Shown here piece after piece: positions 43,069-52,126 of a stretch of 64,000 nt of DNA. Source of the stretch: Alphaproteobacteria bacterium (lineage in GTDB: Bacteria > Pseudomonadota > Alphaproteobacteria > UBA9655). Numbering within the stretch: the first letter of the stretch is position 1; every line of letters begins with the position of its first letter. Where the stretch lies: positions 37,543-101,542 of the forward strand of contig JAIEOZ010000074.1 in NCBI GenBank assembly GCA_019750035.1, read 5' to 3'. The position numbers were made by a program, and so were the translations under genes. The notes below the pieces were generated by a model. That model ran no database searches and had not been told where the DNA came from. It saw only the letters and a program-made list of their open reading frames with translations.

Positions 43069-43242
43069 TTAATTAAATAATTTTTCTTCTTGAAGTCTTT
43101 TAACTTCTTCTTTTAAAAACTTCGTTACTTTCTTTGACCATTTAATATCATGTTGTTTTCCTAACTCATTAAGCAACTTCTGAAAGTCATCATCAATTCT
43201 GCAATGAAAACTTTTTGTTTTAGGTTTTTCTACTTTATACAT
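43069..43242 (-). CDS. RHH/CopG-like small protein
   Basis: Start moved to MYKVEKPKTKSFHCRIDDDFQKLLNELGK, preceded by AAGGAAA. Confidence 0.45.
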   Translation of the reverse strand: MYKVEKPKTKSFHCRIDDDFQKLLNELGKQHDIKWSKKVTKFLKEEVKRLQEEKLFN

Positions 43243-43306
43243 TTTATTTTCCTTATTAATTTGTAGCCACAATTTAATTAAAGCAAAATAAAATACATTG
43301 TCAATA

Positions 43307-43663
43307 CTATCTATCAAAACTAATTTTAGAAATCATTTCAATAAATTTATTTGTTGAATAAGGAAATCTATTGCCTGTTTCTTCTTCAATTGCAACAATA
43401 GAAACGAGTTTATCTTTTGAAACAATCCGTTTAATTTCTTTTGTTTTTTCACCAAAAAATCTTACCTGTTCAATCACATTAATAAATGAAGTGGTCAAAA
43501 GAGGTTTAGCACGATATTTTGAAATAATTAGTTCAAGTTCTCTTTTCTGACGCATTTCACCTGCACAATGTCTATATTTTGGTTCTTTAAAAAGCTCATT
43601 CAAACAAATAATTTCATTAATAAAACGAATTTGTTTATTCAGTGACTTGAGTTCATTATTCAT
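43307..43663 (-). CDS. hypothetical protein
   Basis: 118 aa. 4-nt overlap with the upstream gene. Confidence 0.5.
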   Translation of the reverse strand: MNNELKSLNKQIRFINEIICLNELFKEPKYRHCAGEMRQKRELELIISKYRAKPLLTTSFINVIEQVRFFGEKTKEIKRIVSKDKLVSIVAIEEETGNRFPYSTNKFIEMISKISFDR

Positions 43664-44496
43664 ACGGTTTCCACCTCTTTAATTGGTTGAGTGTTTTTAA
43701 TTTTTGCAGTGACTTCACTAAAGACTTCAAGCATTTTTAAAGCCATATCCATTTCTTCATTTCCAATAATATTCATATACATTTCCATTGGAGAATTCGG
43801 AATCCACCAAAAACCAACTTTCTGATTAGTCAAAATTTCTTGGTATTCAGAAATAGTGTTGGCATGATGAACCTTAAAAGAAGCTAAAGGTATTTGGTGA
43901 AGAATTGAATGCATGACAATTTGAACGGTCGTCATTCGCACCATATTAATATCCAAATCAACAGCTTCTACATGCACCTTTGCTAATGCTTCTTTGCCGT
44001 GTGTTTCATAGATACACCTGAGAGTTCCAAGCAATAATGAACCTGCACCACAACCGCATGGGTCTGAAATACTTCGTTCCTGGCTGAAGTCTGCTCCTAC
44101 CAGGTTGATAGCTGCCAAGGTATAGGCAACATCAGGTGGTGTTAGAAACTGTCCTAATACTTGCCCTAAATGTTCGTCATACAGCATTCCAACAGTGTCA
44201 GAAAACGGCTCAGAACACTTTATTAGAGTAATGAAATCCTGACATAGCTCCTTCATGATTTCGTGTGCTTTAGGCTCTTCCTTGTAGTGTTTAAGCCGTG
44301 GTACGAAACTACTGCTGTATTGGTACAGGGTTCTAGGAAAAACACCTGTAATGAACTGTTTATTCATTAGAGGTAAGCAAACATGACCGATGACATCTTC
44401 AATCGCTTGTTTAGGACTCAAATTCATACGATTAGTGGAATTGCAAATTAATTTAATTTTCTTGCTGAATTCCTTTCTTCTTTCTGATAATTTCAT
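43660..44496 (-). CDS. HsdM/N6_Mtase-fold protein with degenerate motif IV (NSPM instead of NPPF/Y)
   Basis: 278 aa. GQFLTPPDVA, motif I SDPCGCGAGSLL and VDLDINMVRMT are present, but the expected NPPF position reads IPNSPM and the protein ends soon after. Confidence 0.6.
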   Translation of the reverse strand: MKLSERRKEFSKKIKLICNSTNRMNLSPKQAIEDVIGHVCLPLMNKQFITGVFPRTLYQYSSSFVPRLKHYKEEPKAHEIMKELCQDFITLIKCSEPFSDTVGMLYDEHLGQVLGQFLTPPDVAYTLAAINLVGADFSQERSISDPCGCGAGSLLLGTLRCIYETHGKEALAKVHVEAVDLDINMVRMTTVQIVMHSILHQIPLASFKVHHANTISEYQEILTNQKVGFWWIPNSPMEMYMNIIGNEEMDMALKMLEVFSEVTAKIKNTQPIKEVETV

Positions 44497-44702
44497 TTAC
44501 TAGCTCCAAATAATTGTTGATACATTTCGTTGTGTGACAATTTTTCATAACTGAATTCATTTGAAAAATTACTTTTAAAGGACTTATCAAGTTGCTGTTG
44601 TGTTAGCTGAACCTCCTGTGCCTTTTCAAATGAATCTGCCTTTATTGCCACATGTCCATAAGTGATTGTTTTTTTCAAAACAGGAAATATGAAAGTATTC
44701 AT
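44493..44702 (-). CDS. hypothetical protein
   Basis: Start moved to 44702, giving an ATGA overlap with the upstream gene. Confidence 0.45.
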   Translation of the reverse strand: MNTFIFPVLKKTITYGHVAIKADSFEKAQEVQLTQQQLDKSFKSNFSNEFSYEKLSHNEMYQQLFGASK

Positions 44703-45034
44703 GTTGGATAATGAACTGAGGTCCATCCCCTTTGTCCGTCCTTAAATACCTTCACTTTCACAAGCTCAATGGTTTGAATATTGTTCAACTCAATGTGATA
44801 CTGAATAATATAGTGAGCAAAATTCGCTACAAACTGAATGTCTTCTGGTTTTCCATCCACAGTGCCAAACCTTCTTTTTGTATTTGCTTCAACATTAGGT
44901 AGACTTCCAAGGACCTCATAAATTCTTTCATCTGTATCGCAAATCTCAAAAGACTTTAATTCACGGATTTGATTAAGAAAATCATTCACAATAATGCAGG
45001 CCGCTTGACCAATGTTCATTTTTTTGTTTTTCAT
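44699..45034 (-). CDS. hypothetical protein
   Basis: 111-aa ORF inside a tightly coupled operon. Confidence 0.5.
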   Translation of the reverse strand: MKNKKMNIGQAACIIVNDFLNQIRELKSFEICDTDERIYEVLGSLPNVEANTKRRFGTVDGKPEDIQFVANFAHYIIQYHIELNNIQTIELVKVKVFKDGQRGWTSVHYPT

Positions 45035-45046
45035 AATAATTTTCCT

Positions 45047-45403
45047 TTATTTGGTTTTTGTAAATTTGTAATGTGAATAAAGCCTGTATTGTTCGCATCG
45101 GTTATTCATAAAGTTCTCAAGCTTTTTCATATCTTTATCAACAAAGAACATTTCAATTGCTCGTTCTCCATCAATGAATTCTTCGTAAGCAATTCTGTAA
45201 TGGTCATCTGCAACATCAAGCCTTCCATTCTGTGGCTTTAGTTTTGCTTTCTTGTATTCACTCAAGAAGATTTCTTGAGTATTAAGAAGGCAATGAATAG
45301 CAAGTTCATCAAGTGTTTTGAACTTCTTCTTTGTTGTTTTCACACTATTAAACTTTCCAAGAAAGTATTGTGATTCTGTTTTTTCAGCTAAGTACATATT
45401 CAT
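45047..45403 (-). CDS. hypothetical protein
   Basis: 118-aa ORF. Confidence 0.5.
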   Translation of the reverse strand: MNMYLAEKTESQYFLGKFNSVKTTKKKFKTLDELAIHCLLNTQEIFLSEYKKAKLKPQNGRLDVADDHYRIAYEEFIDGERAIEMFFVDKDMKKLENFMNNRCEQYRLYSHYKFTKTK

Positions 45404-45638
45404 TCCTTTCTTTCAGTTCTTTTTCATCGAGTGCCATTTGAACAATCAATCTCACACCAAACATGACACTTTCAATTTCTTCATTTTCAAGAAATGGATA
45501 ATCACGAATTACGATGAAGTTTAAAATTGCATCATCACAATCAAATTCATACCTGTTGAACTTAACCATTTCGTCAACAAATTTTTTGGCAATTTGAAAG
45601 CTGAAGTTCATCCTTTCCAAAACTGTTCTTGTAGTCAT
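45384..45638 (-). CDS. hypothetical protein
   Basis: 84-aa ORF. Confidence 0.45.
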   Translation of the reverse strand: MTTRTVLERMNFSFQIAKKFVDEMVKFNRYEFDCDDAILNFIVIRDYPFLENEEIESVMFGVRLIVQMALDEKELKERNEYVLS

Positions 45639-45656
45639 AAAATCTCCTTAATTATT

Positions 45657-46196
45657 TTAATAAACTAAATTAATAACACTATCAAAATCAAACTTCCCGT
45701 TTTCTTTGATATATTCTTTTGCCTTCAAAGAGAATTCTTTATATTTACTCGTGAAGTGTCCTGACATAAAATAAGTTGCGTAATCAACTTGTTTTTGTCC
45801 TTTAAACTTATAAATTAAATCCTTATAAGAATCGCAGTCATTATTTAAAAAATCTAAAATCACTTCTTTTTCAATATTTGCAAACTTAGCCATTGCCAAC
45901 ACAACTGCAAAAAAATAAGTATTCTTGTTAAATACTCCTTTCTTATATTTTTCATCTATAAGTACAAAGTCATGGTAGGTTGCATAAATTACTGAAACCA
46001 TTCCTGATGCAGTAACTAGCTTTTGAAAGTATTTATCTTTCATAACTGCTTCAGAATCCAAGCCAAGTTCTTTTGCATATTTAGATGCAATGTATTCATA
46101 AGCAGGTTGCATGACTGATTTCAATACATCAGAAATATCTGAAACCATTTGCTCAGGAACTTCCACAATCGTAGTTTTCAATTTATTTTTCTTCAT
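45657..46196 (-). CDS. hypothetical protein
   Basis: 179 aa. First gene of the operon that runs to the primase gene. RBS AAAGG. Confidence 0.55.
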   Translation of the reverse strand: MKKNKLKTTIVEVPEQMVSDISDVLKSVMQPAYEYIASKYAKELGLDSEAVMKDKYFQKLVTASGMVSVIYATYHDFVLIDEKYKKGVFNKNTYFFAVVLAMAKFANIEKEVILDFLNNDCDSYKDLIYKFKGQKQVDYATYFMSGHFTSKYKEFSLKAKEYIKENGKFDFDSVINLVY

Positions 46197-46222
46197 TTTT
46201 TATTACCTTTCGTTTTGTTGTT

Positions 46223-46294
46223 CAGTATGTGTATCTTAAATTTTTCACTCTTTTTTCTCTGTACAGGTCGGAAGCCAAAACCTGTATTGACAAG
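46223..46294. promoter_or_regulatory. conserved intergenic module A: AGTATGTGTAT..TTCTCTG-TACAGGT-N11-ACCTGTA-TTGACAA
   Basis: 7-bp inverted repeat at 46262-46268 / 46280-46286, abutting TTGACA at 46287-46292. Homologous to 47440-47510. Confidence 0.6.
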
Positions 46295-46308
46295 CTATTT
46301 TTAGTGTG

Positions 46309-46494
46309 CTAGGCACTCACTTCTTCAATTGAGTGCAAGCTGTAGCCGTGGCTCATGATTGAGTCCATGCAAAATCCTTCACCTTCCATTTCTTCAAATG
46401 CTTGGTTAATAGCTTCAGTTTCTGTGTCTGTTTCAACCTCAAAAGAAACATTGTTTCCAATTGAATTTTTGAAATAAACTTCAAATGTTTTCAT
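46309..46494 (-). CDS. hypothetical small acidic protein
   Basis: 61 aa. Confidence 0.45.
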   Translation of the reverse strand: MKTFEVYFKNSIGNNVSFEVETDTETEAINQAFEEMEGEGFCMDSIMSHGYSLHSIEEVSA

Positions 46495-46506
46495 AATCTA
46501 TTCCTT

Positions 46507-46872
46507 TCAAAATGGCACTTCATCGTTTTCAAACATTTCAGTGATTGATTGTTTTGTGATTTTTTGAAGTTTTAATTTCTCATTCCAATTAGAAACAACC
46601 AAATAAGCAAACCTTTGATTGAACTTTAAATTCTCTTGAACACATTTATTAATTCCATCTAATGTGCAATCAATCTCAAATCGCACATGCTTTTCTTTTT
46701 CAGAAGAATAAATAACTTTTATTTTTTTATTCTTCAATGAAATTTCAAATTTGTGTTCAGGAAAAATTAAAGCAAATGCAATGTAAAAGGCATTAACCAA
46801 ACTTTTTGCTTTTAGTTGGATAAGTCCATTTCCATGAACCTTGAAACCAACTTCATAATATTTTTTATTCAT
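46507..46872 (-). CDS. hypothetical protein
   Basis: 121 aa. Confidence 0.5.
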   Translation of the reverse strand: MNKKYYEVGFKVHGNGLIQLKAKSLVNAFYIAFALIFPEHKFEISLKNKKIKVIYSSEKEKHVRFEIDCTLDGINKCVQENLKFNQRFAYLVVSNWNEKLKLQKITKQSITEMFENDEVPF

Positions 46873-46884
46873 ATTTTTTCCTTC

Positions 46885-47409
46885 TTAAGCATTTGAAGAA
46901 AATGAAGTGAAATTACAGTCATAAAGTTCTTCTTGTTTATGCCAATCAACAGGAAAGATTTTCTTTCCCTCTACAATTGCTTGTCCAAAATAGACTTCGC
47001 CATTTGCTTTAACATTGATATTCAAAATATCTAATGCTTCAGGATGCTTTCCAATACTTCCATATTGCTTAACAACCTCGTTGATGTCATAACCATTTAG
47101 TGAGAAAGCTTCACTAACAGAAATCATGTATTCAGGTTGTTGAACTGTTTCAATAACATGAACAAAGTGGAAATACATTTCCTTGCTATTTCCATTTTGT
47201 GAATAGGTACTTACTTTTGTAATGTCTGCACCTTGTTTTTCTTTATGAACAAAAAAGGTTTTAGGCACTACAACACCTTTTTTCTTATGTTCTTTTTTTG
47301 CTTTGTTAAGAACCTCTTGAATGAAGAAAATCAACTTTTTATCATTAGTTAATTCACTAATTGATTTTTGGTTATTTTTTAACTTATTAATTTCTTGCTG
47401 TTTTTTCAT
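46885..47409 (-). CDS. hypothetical protein
   Basis: 174 aa. RBS AAAGGA. Confidence 0.55.
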   Translation of the reverse strand: MKKQQEINKLKNNQKSISELTNDKKLIFFIQEVLNKAKKEHKKKGVVVPKTFFVHKEKQGADITKVSTYSQNGNSKEMYFHFVHVIETVQQPEYMISVSEAFSLNGYDINEVVKQYGSIGKHPEALDILNINVKANGEVYFGQAIVEGKKIFPVDWHKQEELYDCNFTSFSSNA

Positions 47410-47439
47410 ACTTAATTCCTTTCTTTGTTTGTTTGATTA

Positions 47440-47510
47440 AGTATGTGTATGATAGAAAAATGACTAAAATTTCTCTGTACAGGTCTGAACCTCAAACCTG
47501 CATTGACAAA
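47440..47510. promoter_or_regulatory. conserved intergenic module B (same family as 46223-46294)
   Basis: TACAGGT at 47478-47484, ACCTGCA at 47496-47502, TTGACA at 47503-47508. Lies between divergent genes. A partial third copy, CCTGTATTGACA..GCTAGGCA, is at 50361-50395. Confidence 0.6.
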
Positions 47511-47527
47511 CAACATGGGCTTGTGGT

Positions 47528-48406
47528 ATGCAAGATGAACTAAAGCAACTGAGAATCACAACCTGGCTGAATGCCTGTTTTCAGGTAGCAGGTAGCACCT
47601 CCCTTGGTGTTCTCTATGAGAAGACAGGGGTTAGCTCTGGTGAGTGGAGTAGATATAAGAGTGGCTATAAGGATGGTGCCAAACAGGAAGGTGTAGAGCT
47701 TGAAAAACGGGTCTACAGTCCTTCAGAATCCACTGTTAAAAGGGTCGGTATTGACCTGCCAAACACTGCACAAGTGTTTGTTCATGGGATTGGTGGATTG
47801 CCCTTGTGGGCTGTTCTAGACGGTGATTTAAAGGCTTGTGAAGAAGTTTTGAACAACTGCCTTTTAAAGTATATGAACAAGCAAATACCTTGGATGCTTC
47901 TATCTAAAAAGGTATTTCCTGATATGACACTTAAAGAAAAGTGTCAGGCACTTCTAGAAGGTAGTATTCCCTCTTCATGGTTTGAAAAACCTTCTGAAGA
48001 TATGCCTAATGACTTACCTGAATATTGGTGGGCAGATGAAGACAATCCACCAAAGAAAATTGATTTAAGATTTACTAATACAGCAAAGTTATATTTCACT
48101 CTTTCAGAACTTCTTGAAAAAGATAAAAATATAATTTCAAAAGCTTATGGCAAATCCAATAAAAATAAATCTGTTCAACTTGGAAAAACCATCATTAATC
48201 ATGTTGGTGAATTTAAGATTGCTCGCCCTCAAAATTTAATAGGATTTCTTGCTGCTGCTGTTTTGTGTGTAGTCAATTCAAAAACCAAAGGTGATGGTGA
48301 ATTAGCAGACATTGCTTTCTATTTCTTTTCAGGACTTGAAGAAGCAATTAAAAAAGAATTTGGTGAAGATATTTTTAATTACATTGAAGAATATTGGAAT
48401 TTATAA
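47528..48406 (+). CDS. hypothetical protein, possible N-terminal HTH regulator
   Basis: 292 aa. LGVLYEKTGVSSGEWSRYKSG looks HTH-like. Divergent from the minus-strand genes across the hairpin/TTGACA repeat. Confidence 0.5.
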   Translation: MQDELKQLRITTWLNACFQVAGSTSLGVLYEKTGVSSGEWSRYKSGYKDGAKQEGVELEKRVYSPSESTVKRVGIDLPNTAQVFVHGIGGLPLWAVLDGDLKACEEVLNNCLLKYMNKQIPWMLLSKKVFPDMTLKEKCQALLEGSIPSSWFEKPSEDMPNDLPEYWWADEDNPPKKIDLRFTNTAKLYFTLSELLEKDKNIISKAYGKSNKNKSVQLGKTIINHVGEFKIARPQNLIGFLAAAVLCVVNSKTKGDGELADIAFYFFSGLEEAIKKEFGEDIFNYIEEYWNL

Positions 48407-48426
48407 TTATAGAAACTTGATTAAAT

Positions 48427-48454
48427 TATAAATTTTCGTATGATAGTTTCACAA
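48427..48454 (+). promoter_or_regulatory. sigma-70-type promoter
   Basis: TTGATT-N16 (ending TTTCG)-TATGAT. Confidence 0.55.
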
Positions 48455-48469
48455 CTAAAAGGAACTATC

Positions 48470-48823
48470 ATGAAAAAAACTATTACTTTATCTATATTAT
48501 TACTATCTTTAACCGGCTGTGCTTCAGTTCAGACTACAACTGACAAACTTTCAACTAGCTTTGGTAAAGCTATTCAGAATGTTGTTAATCCAAATCAACC
48601 TGCTACAAGTTCTGTAGCTCCTGCTGTCCAGGCTGAACCTATCAATGTCATGTATGGAAAAATATTGGCATTGAAGAAAAAACCTGATGGTGTGAGTTTG
48701 GTTGTTCAGTTAGCTAATGGTGCAACTTTCTCTTTACCTGCTAGTGCAGACAAAGGATTTAAAGTGAACCAAAATGTCAAGATTAATCAGCAAGGAAAAA
48801 ATGTTTCTATTGAAGCTATTTAA
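48470..48823 (+). CDS. lipoprotein (C-terminal region paralogous to the SlyB-like gene at 34853)
   Basis: Start at MKKTITLSILLLSLTGCAS (lipobox). Promoter at 48427-48454. Confidence 0.65.
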   Translation: MKKTITLSILLLSLTGCASVQTTTDKLSTSFGKAIQNVVNPNQPATSSVAPAVQAEPINVMYGKILALKKKPDGVSLVVQLANGATFSLPASADKGFKVNQNVKINQQGKNVSIEAI

Positions 48824-48841
48824 TAAAAGCACAAACAAGAA

Positions 48842-48860
48842 AGCCACTCATTGAGTGGCT
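48842..48860. terminator. bidirectional intrinsic terminator
   Basis: AGCCACTC-att-GAGTGGCT. Confidence 0.7.
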
Positions 48861-48864
48861 TTCT

Positions 48865-49395
48865 TTATATCTTACTTGGTTTTGATTTTCCTTTTTCTGG
48901 AAGTTTTGCCTGAAGTTCTTTGTGCAATTTCTGCTTAACAAGAATTTTCTTAATTTCATCATGAATCCAATCATTATTAAGTAAGTCTGTATAGTCAAAA
49001 TACTGAGTAAGGATTTTTGAAGCTTGCCCATCTCTTTCATGGTCAAAAAAATCATAGGCTTTTTCAGTGTAGTAAAAAGAATTTTCTTTTAAACTTCTTT
49101 CTTCCACATATTTTATTATTTCAGATATGACTTCATGGTTATTGAACTTGTCAGCATAATACAAACATCTTCCAATAAAACACCAATCTTTACCATAATC
49201 TAGTTTTCTGATTAATAGAAAAATATGATTAAACATTTTAATATTGCCATGTGCTCCAACTTCTGAAGAAATATTTGACAACTCACTTGCATAAAGATTT
49301 TTTTCGTTTTCTTTAAGAAATTCTTCAGTATTTTTTTCTTTTGCAAATTTGCACATCCTATGCATTTTTGTTGTGCTTCTTTCTTTAGCCATCAT
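48865..49395 (-). CDS. hypothetical protein
   Basis: 176 aa. Overlaps the upstream gene by 11 nt. Confidence 0.5.
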   Translation of the reverse strand: MMAKERSTTKMHRMCKFAKEKNTEEFLKENEKNLYASELSNISSEVGAHGNIKMFNHIFLLIRKLDYGKDWCFIGRCLYYADKFNNHEVISEIIKYVEERSLKENSFYYTEKAYDFFDHERDGQASKILTQYFDYTDLLNNDWIHDEIKKILVKQKLHKELQAKLPEKGKSKPSKI

Positions 49396-50287
49396 TCCTC
49401 CTATTCCAAAATTCTAAGAACTCTTTTTTGAATTCATAATATTTTAGTTTTGAACAACTCCAATAATAGGTGCAGTTTTTTTTGTGCATTTCTTCAAAAG
49501 CTCTACAATTTTTATTGTAAAACTTATCTATCTCGTCAAGCATTTCAACCTGATAAGCAAATAGGAAAGGTTTTTTAGGTATGTATCCTGTTTCTCTATC
49601 ATAAAAACTGTATGGGAATCGGTGATAGTCATATTCAAGCTCTTTTCCATGAAAACAATCCTCATGAAGTGCAGAATACATAGTTAAATATTTGTTTATA
49701 TCAGCAATTCTGTTTCCTGAATGCTCTTTCCATTTCAATAATAAATAATCAGAAAAGTTTGATAGAAGGTGAGTTTCCCTTGTCTCAAATCCTTTATTTA
49801 GGAATTCACCAAGTCTAAATTCACACCAATTATCAAACTTCGTTTTGTAGTGAGTCATCCTTTTGGCAAGTGTTCCAGGTAGAGTGTCAATTGAAAAACC
49901 GGTTCTATTCTCAAACAGTTCCTGATTTTCATTAACATAACTTTCCATAACTCTTATTTTTGTATGATAAGTCCTTGGTTGTTGGATTTGAAAAATACTT
50001 ATGGTTAGTGCTTTCTGTGTAACCATATCAACATGAGTAAATGTAAAGTCAGGTGATAGGTTCATATCTACCTCTAAAAGCATAGTTTCGTTATTTATAC
50101 CTGTTCTTTTCTCTTCATTATTTTTATATCTGTAGGCAACACGATAAACAACATCTAATTTTTTATCTCTCTTAAAAGCATGTTCCTCATCTCTAACAGT
50201 AAATTGCTTTATAAAAGGTTTTTGTCTTGGGTAAAGTTCAATTGGCTGTGAAGTGGCTCCATAGTTTTTTAGTGCAAACTGATTCAT
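49385..50287 (-). CDS. hypothetical protein
   Basis: 300 aa, rich in aromatic residues and Cys. No motif recognised. Confidence 0.55.
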   Translation of the reverse strand: MNQFALKNYGATSQPIELYPRQKPFIKQFTVRDEEHAFKRDKKLDVVYRVAYRYKNNEEKRTGINNETMLLEVDMNLSPDFTFTHVDMVTQKALTISIFQIQQPRTYHTKIRVMESYVNENQELFENRTGFSIDTLPGTLAKRMTHYKTKFDNWCEFRLGEFLNKGFETRETHLLSNFSDYLLLKWKEHSGNRIADINKYLTMYSALHEDCFHGKELEYDYHRFPYSFYDRETGYIPKKPFLFAYQVEMLDEIDKFYNKNCRAFEEMHKKNCTYYWSCSKLKYYEFKKEFLEFWNRRNDG

Positions 50288-50398
50288 TCATATCTCCTAA
50301 TTTAATTTTTTAAATGATAAAGGAACTACTTTTTTATTTATATGCAGTTCCTTTATTTGTTCCTGTATTGACATTGAATACAAAGTTATGCTAGGCAA

Positions 50399-50785
50399 TC
50401 ACTTCATGTATTTTTTGTCTTTCACAATGAATGTGCAGGCTTTAGAAGTTTTATTGAAAGTCACTTCTGCACCTTGGCTGATGTAGTCAGCAACAGTCAA
50501 TAAAAGTGCATCTCCTTGAACTCCAAATGCTGTTGGTGCTTCAATTTCAAGTCTATAAGCTCCATCTTCACCAATTACATATTCAGTAACGATAGAAGTT
50601 TTAACTGCTTCTACTTGTGCTTTTGTTGGCTTGAAGTATTCACGATAGAAGTAATTCACTGATTTGCATTCATTCCCATTCAAAAATACTTTTCCTTCTT
50701 GTAAGGTTGGCTTGTAAGTTGGCTCTGCTTGTGCAAATGTGTTTCCTAATAAAGCCATACTTAATACTAATAATAATTTTTTCAT
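50399..50785 (-). CDS. secreted protein (signal peptide)
   Basis: MKKLLLVLSMALLGNTFA. Cassette promoter at 50814-50847. Confidence 0.6.
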   Translation of the reverse strand: MKKLLLVLSMALLGNTFAQAEPTYKPTLQEGKVFLNGNECKSVNYFYREYFKPTKAQVEAVKTSIVTEYVIGEDGAYRLEIEAPTAFGVQGDALLLTVADYISQGAEVTFNKTSKACTFIVKDKKYMK

Positions 50786-50813
50786 TTCTATTCTCCGTTG
50801 TAGTTATATTTCA

Positions 50814-50847
50814 ATCTTACGAAAAATAAAGCAAAACACAATAGCAA
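50814..50847 (-). promoter_or_regulatory. cassette promoter box (drives 50785-to-50399)
   Basis: TTGCTATTGTGTTTTGCTTTATTTTTCG followed by -10 TAAGAT. Confidence 0.65.
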
Positions 50848-50873
50848 AACTTTTAATTAGATATCTTCTTTCA

Positions 50874-50901
50874 TTGATTTCTTTTTATATTTTCGTATTC
50901 T
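50874..50901 (+). promoter_or_regulatory. sigma-70-type promoter
   Basis: TTGATT-N16 (ending TTTCG)-TATTCT. Confidence 0.55.
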
Positions 50902-50931
50902 TTAGTTATTGCTTAACTACAAGGAGAAAAT

Positions 50932-51324
50932 ATGAAAGCAAATTTTGGACAATTTACAAATAGAAATGAATACAACGAAACTAGAGATTTTTCCATGAAT
51001 TTATTTAACAACACACTTAATGCATTTCATGATTGTGTTCTTAAAATGATTGGAAATGGATTATCATTAAATTTAGCATTCTGCAAAGCAGTTGGTGAAG
51101 CAATGCCAAGTTTTGAAAAAGATGAAATTATTAGACATTACTGCAAAAATTTAAGTGAAGAACAAATAGAAGTCCATGTTCAGCTATATTCTTCAATTAC
51201 TTTAGTTGTGCTTGATACCTATCTTGAATTAATTAAATCAGATGGAAATAATGTTTCAACTTATAAATCATTGAAAGGGTCATTCAATGAAAATAATGGA
51301 ACATTCAGCATAGTAGCCAAATAA
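50932..51324 (+). CDS. hypothetical protein
   Basis: 130 aa. RBS AAGGAG. Promoter at 50874-50901. Confidence 0.55.
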   Translation: MKANFGQFTNRNEYNETRDFSMNLFNNTLNAFHDCVLKMIGNGLSLNLAFCKAVGEAMPSFEKDEIIRHYCKNLSEEQIEVHVQLYSSITLVVLDTYLELIKSDGNNVSTYKSLKGSFNENNGTFSIVAK

Positions 51325-51329
51325 AAAAA

Positions 51330-51344
51330 GCCCCAAATCGGGGC
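51330..51344. terminator. bidirectional intrinsic terminator
   Basis: GCCCC-aaatc-GGGGC. Confidence 0.75.
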
Positions 51345-51351
51345 TTTTTCT

Positions 51352-51957
51352 TTATCTGTATTTTCTGTATTCAATTCCTGCTAAATCTAGAACATATCGT
51401 AATGAAGAATGTGTTTTATTGAAATCAATCATTGCTGAAAGCTCAGACAATGAATGATTTTTTGTTTCTTCACCCATTTCCTTTAACTTAACAATATATT
51501 CTAAATTTCTTCTCATTGATAAATGTCTATTTTGAGATTTTATTGAACAAACATTGACAGTCTTTTCATTTTTATCAACATTGCCTGTGTATCTCTCTAT
51601 TCTCTTGAGAGTTTTTTCTATTTTTTCATTAATAAGAAAACCTTCCTCATGAATTCTAATTTCTTCATTTGCAGTAAAGTCATTTTTCATTCTCAAAATC
51701 AATTTTGAAAATATTATAAACAATGGCTCACTATTTACATAGATTTCATTCATGTTGTTGAAATTTTGTTTTTCTACTGTGAAAGCAATATCACTAACTA
51801 ATGAAACAGAATTATTTATTCCTTCCTCTTTTGGAATTTTTGATTTTATTTCATCAAATAATTTCATCAAATTTTTGTAAGTTGATTTATGCATGTCAAT
51901 TTCATGAGTTGAAACAACATTATTTTTTATTTTTAAATGCAATTTGTAATTTCTCAT
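51352..51957 (-). CDS. hypothetical protein
   Basis: 201 aa. Confidence 0.5.
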   Translation of the reverse strand: MRNYKLHLKIKNNVVSTHEIDMHKSTYKNLMKLFDEIKSKIPKEEGINNSVSLVSDIAFTVEKQNFNNMNEIYVNSEPLFIIFSKLILRMKNDFTANEEIRIHEEGFLINEKIEKTLKRIERYTGNVDKNEKTVNVCSIKSQNRHLSMRRNLEYIVKLKEMGEETKNHSLSELSAMIDFNKTHSSLRYVLDLAGIEYRKYR

Positions 51958-52051
51958 ATTATTCCTTTTTTATAGTTGTTCTTAAATAATATGAAATTAA
52001 AGAAACAAATCAAGAACTCTTAATAAATGTATATATAGATATCCGTTATTG

Positions 52052-52079
52052 TTGACTTGAACTTTTGATTTCGTAAGAT
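52052..52079 (+). promoter_or_regulatory. dotA-like gene promoter
   Basis: TTGACT-N16 (ending TTTCG)-TAAGAT. Confidence 0.6.
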
Positions 52080-52126
52080 AAAAATGTATCTCAAAAAAAG
52101 AAAAATAATTACAGGAGAATAATAAT

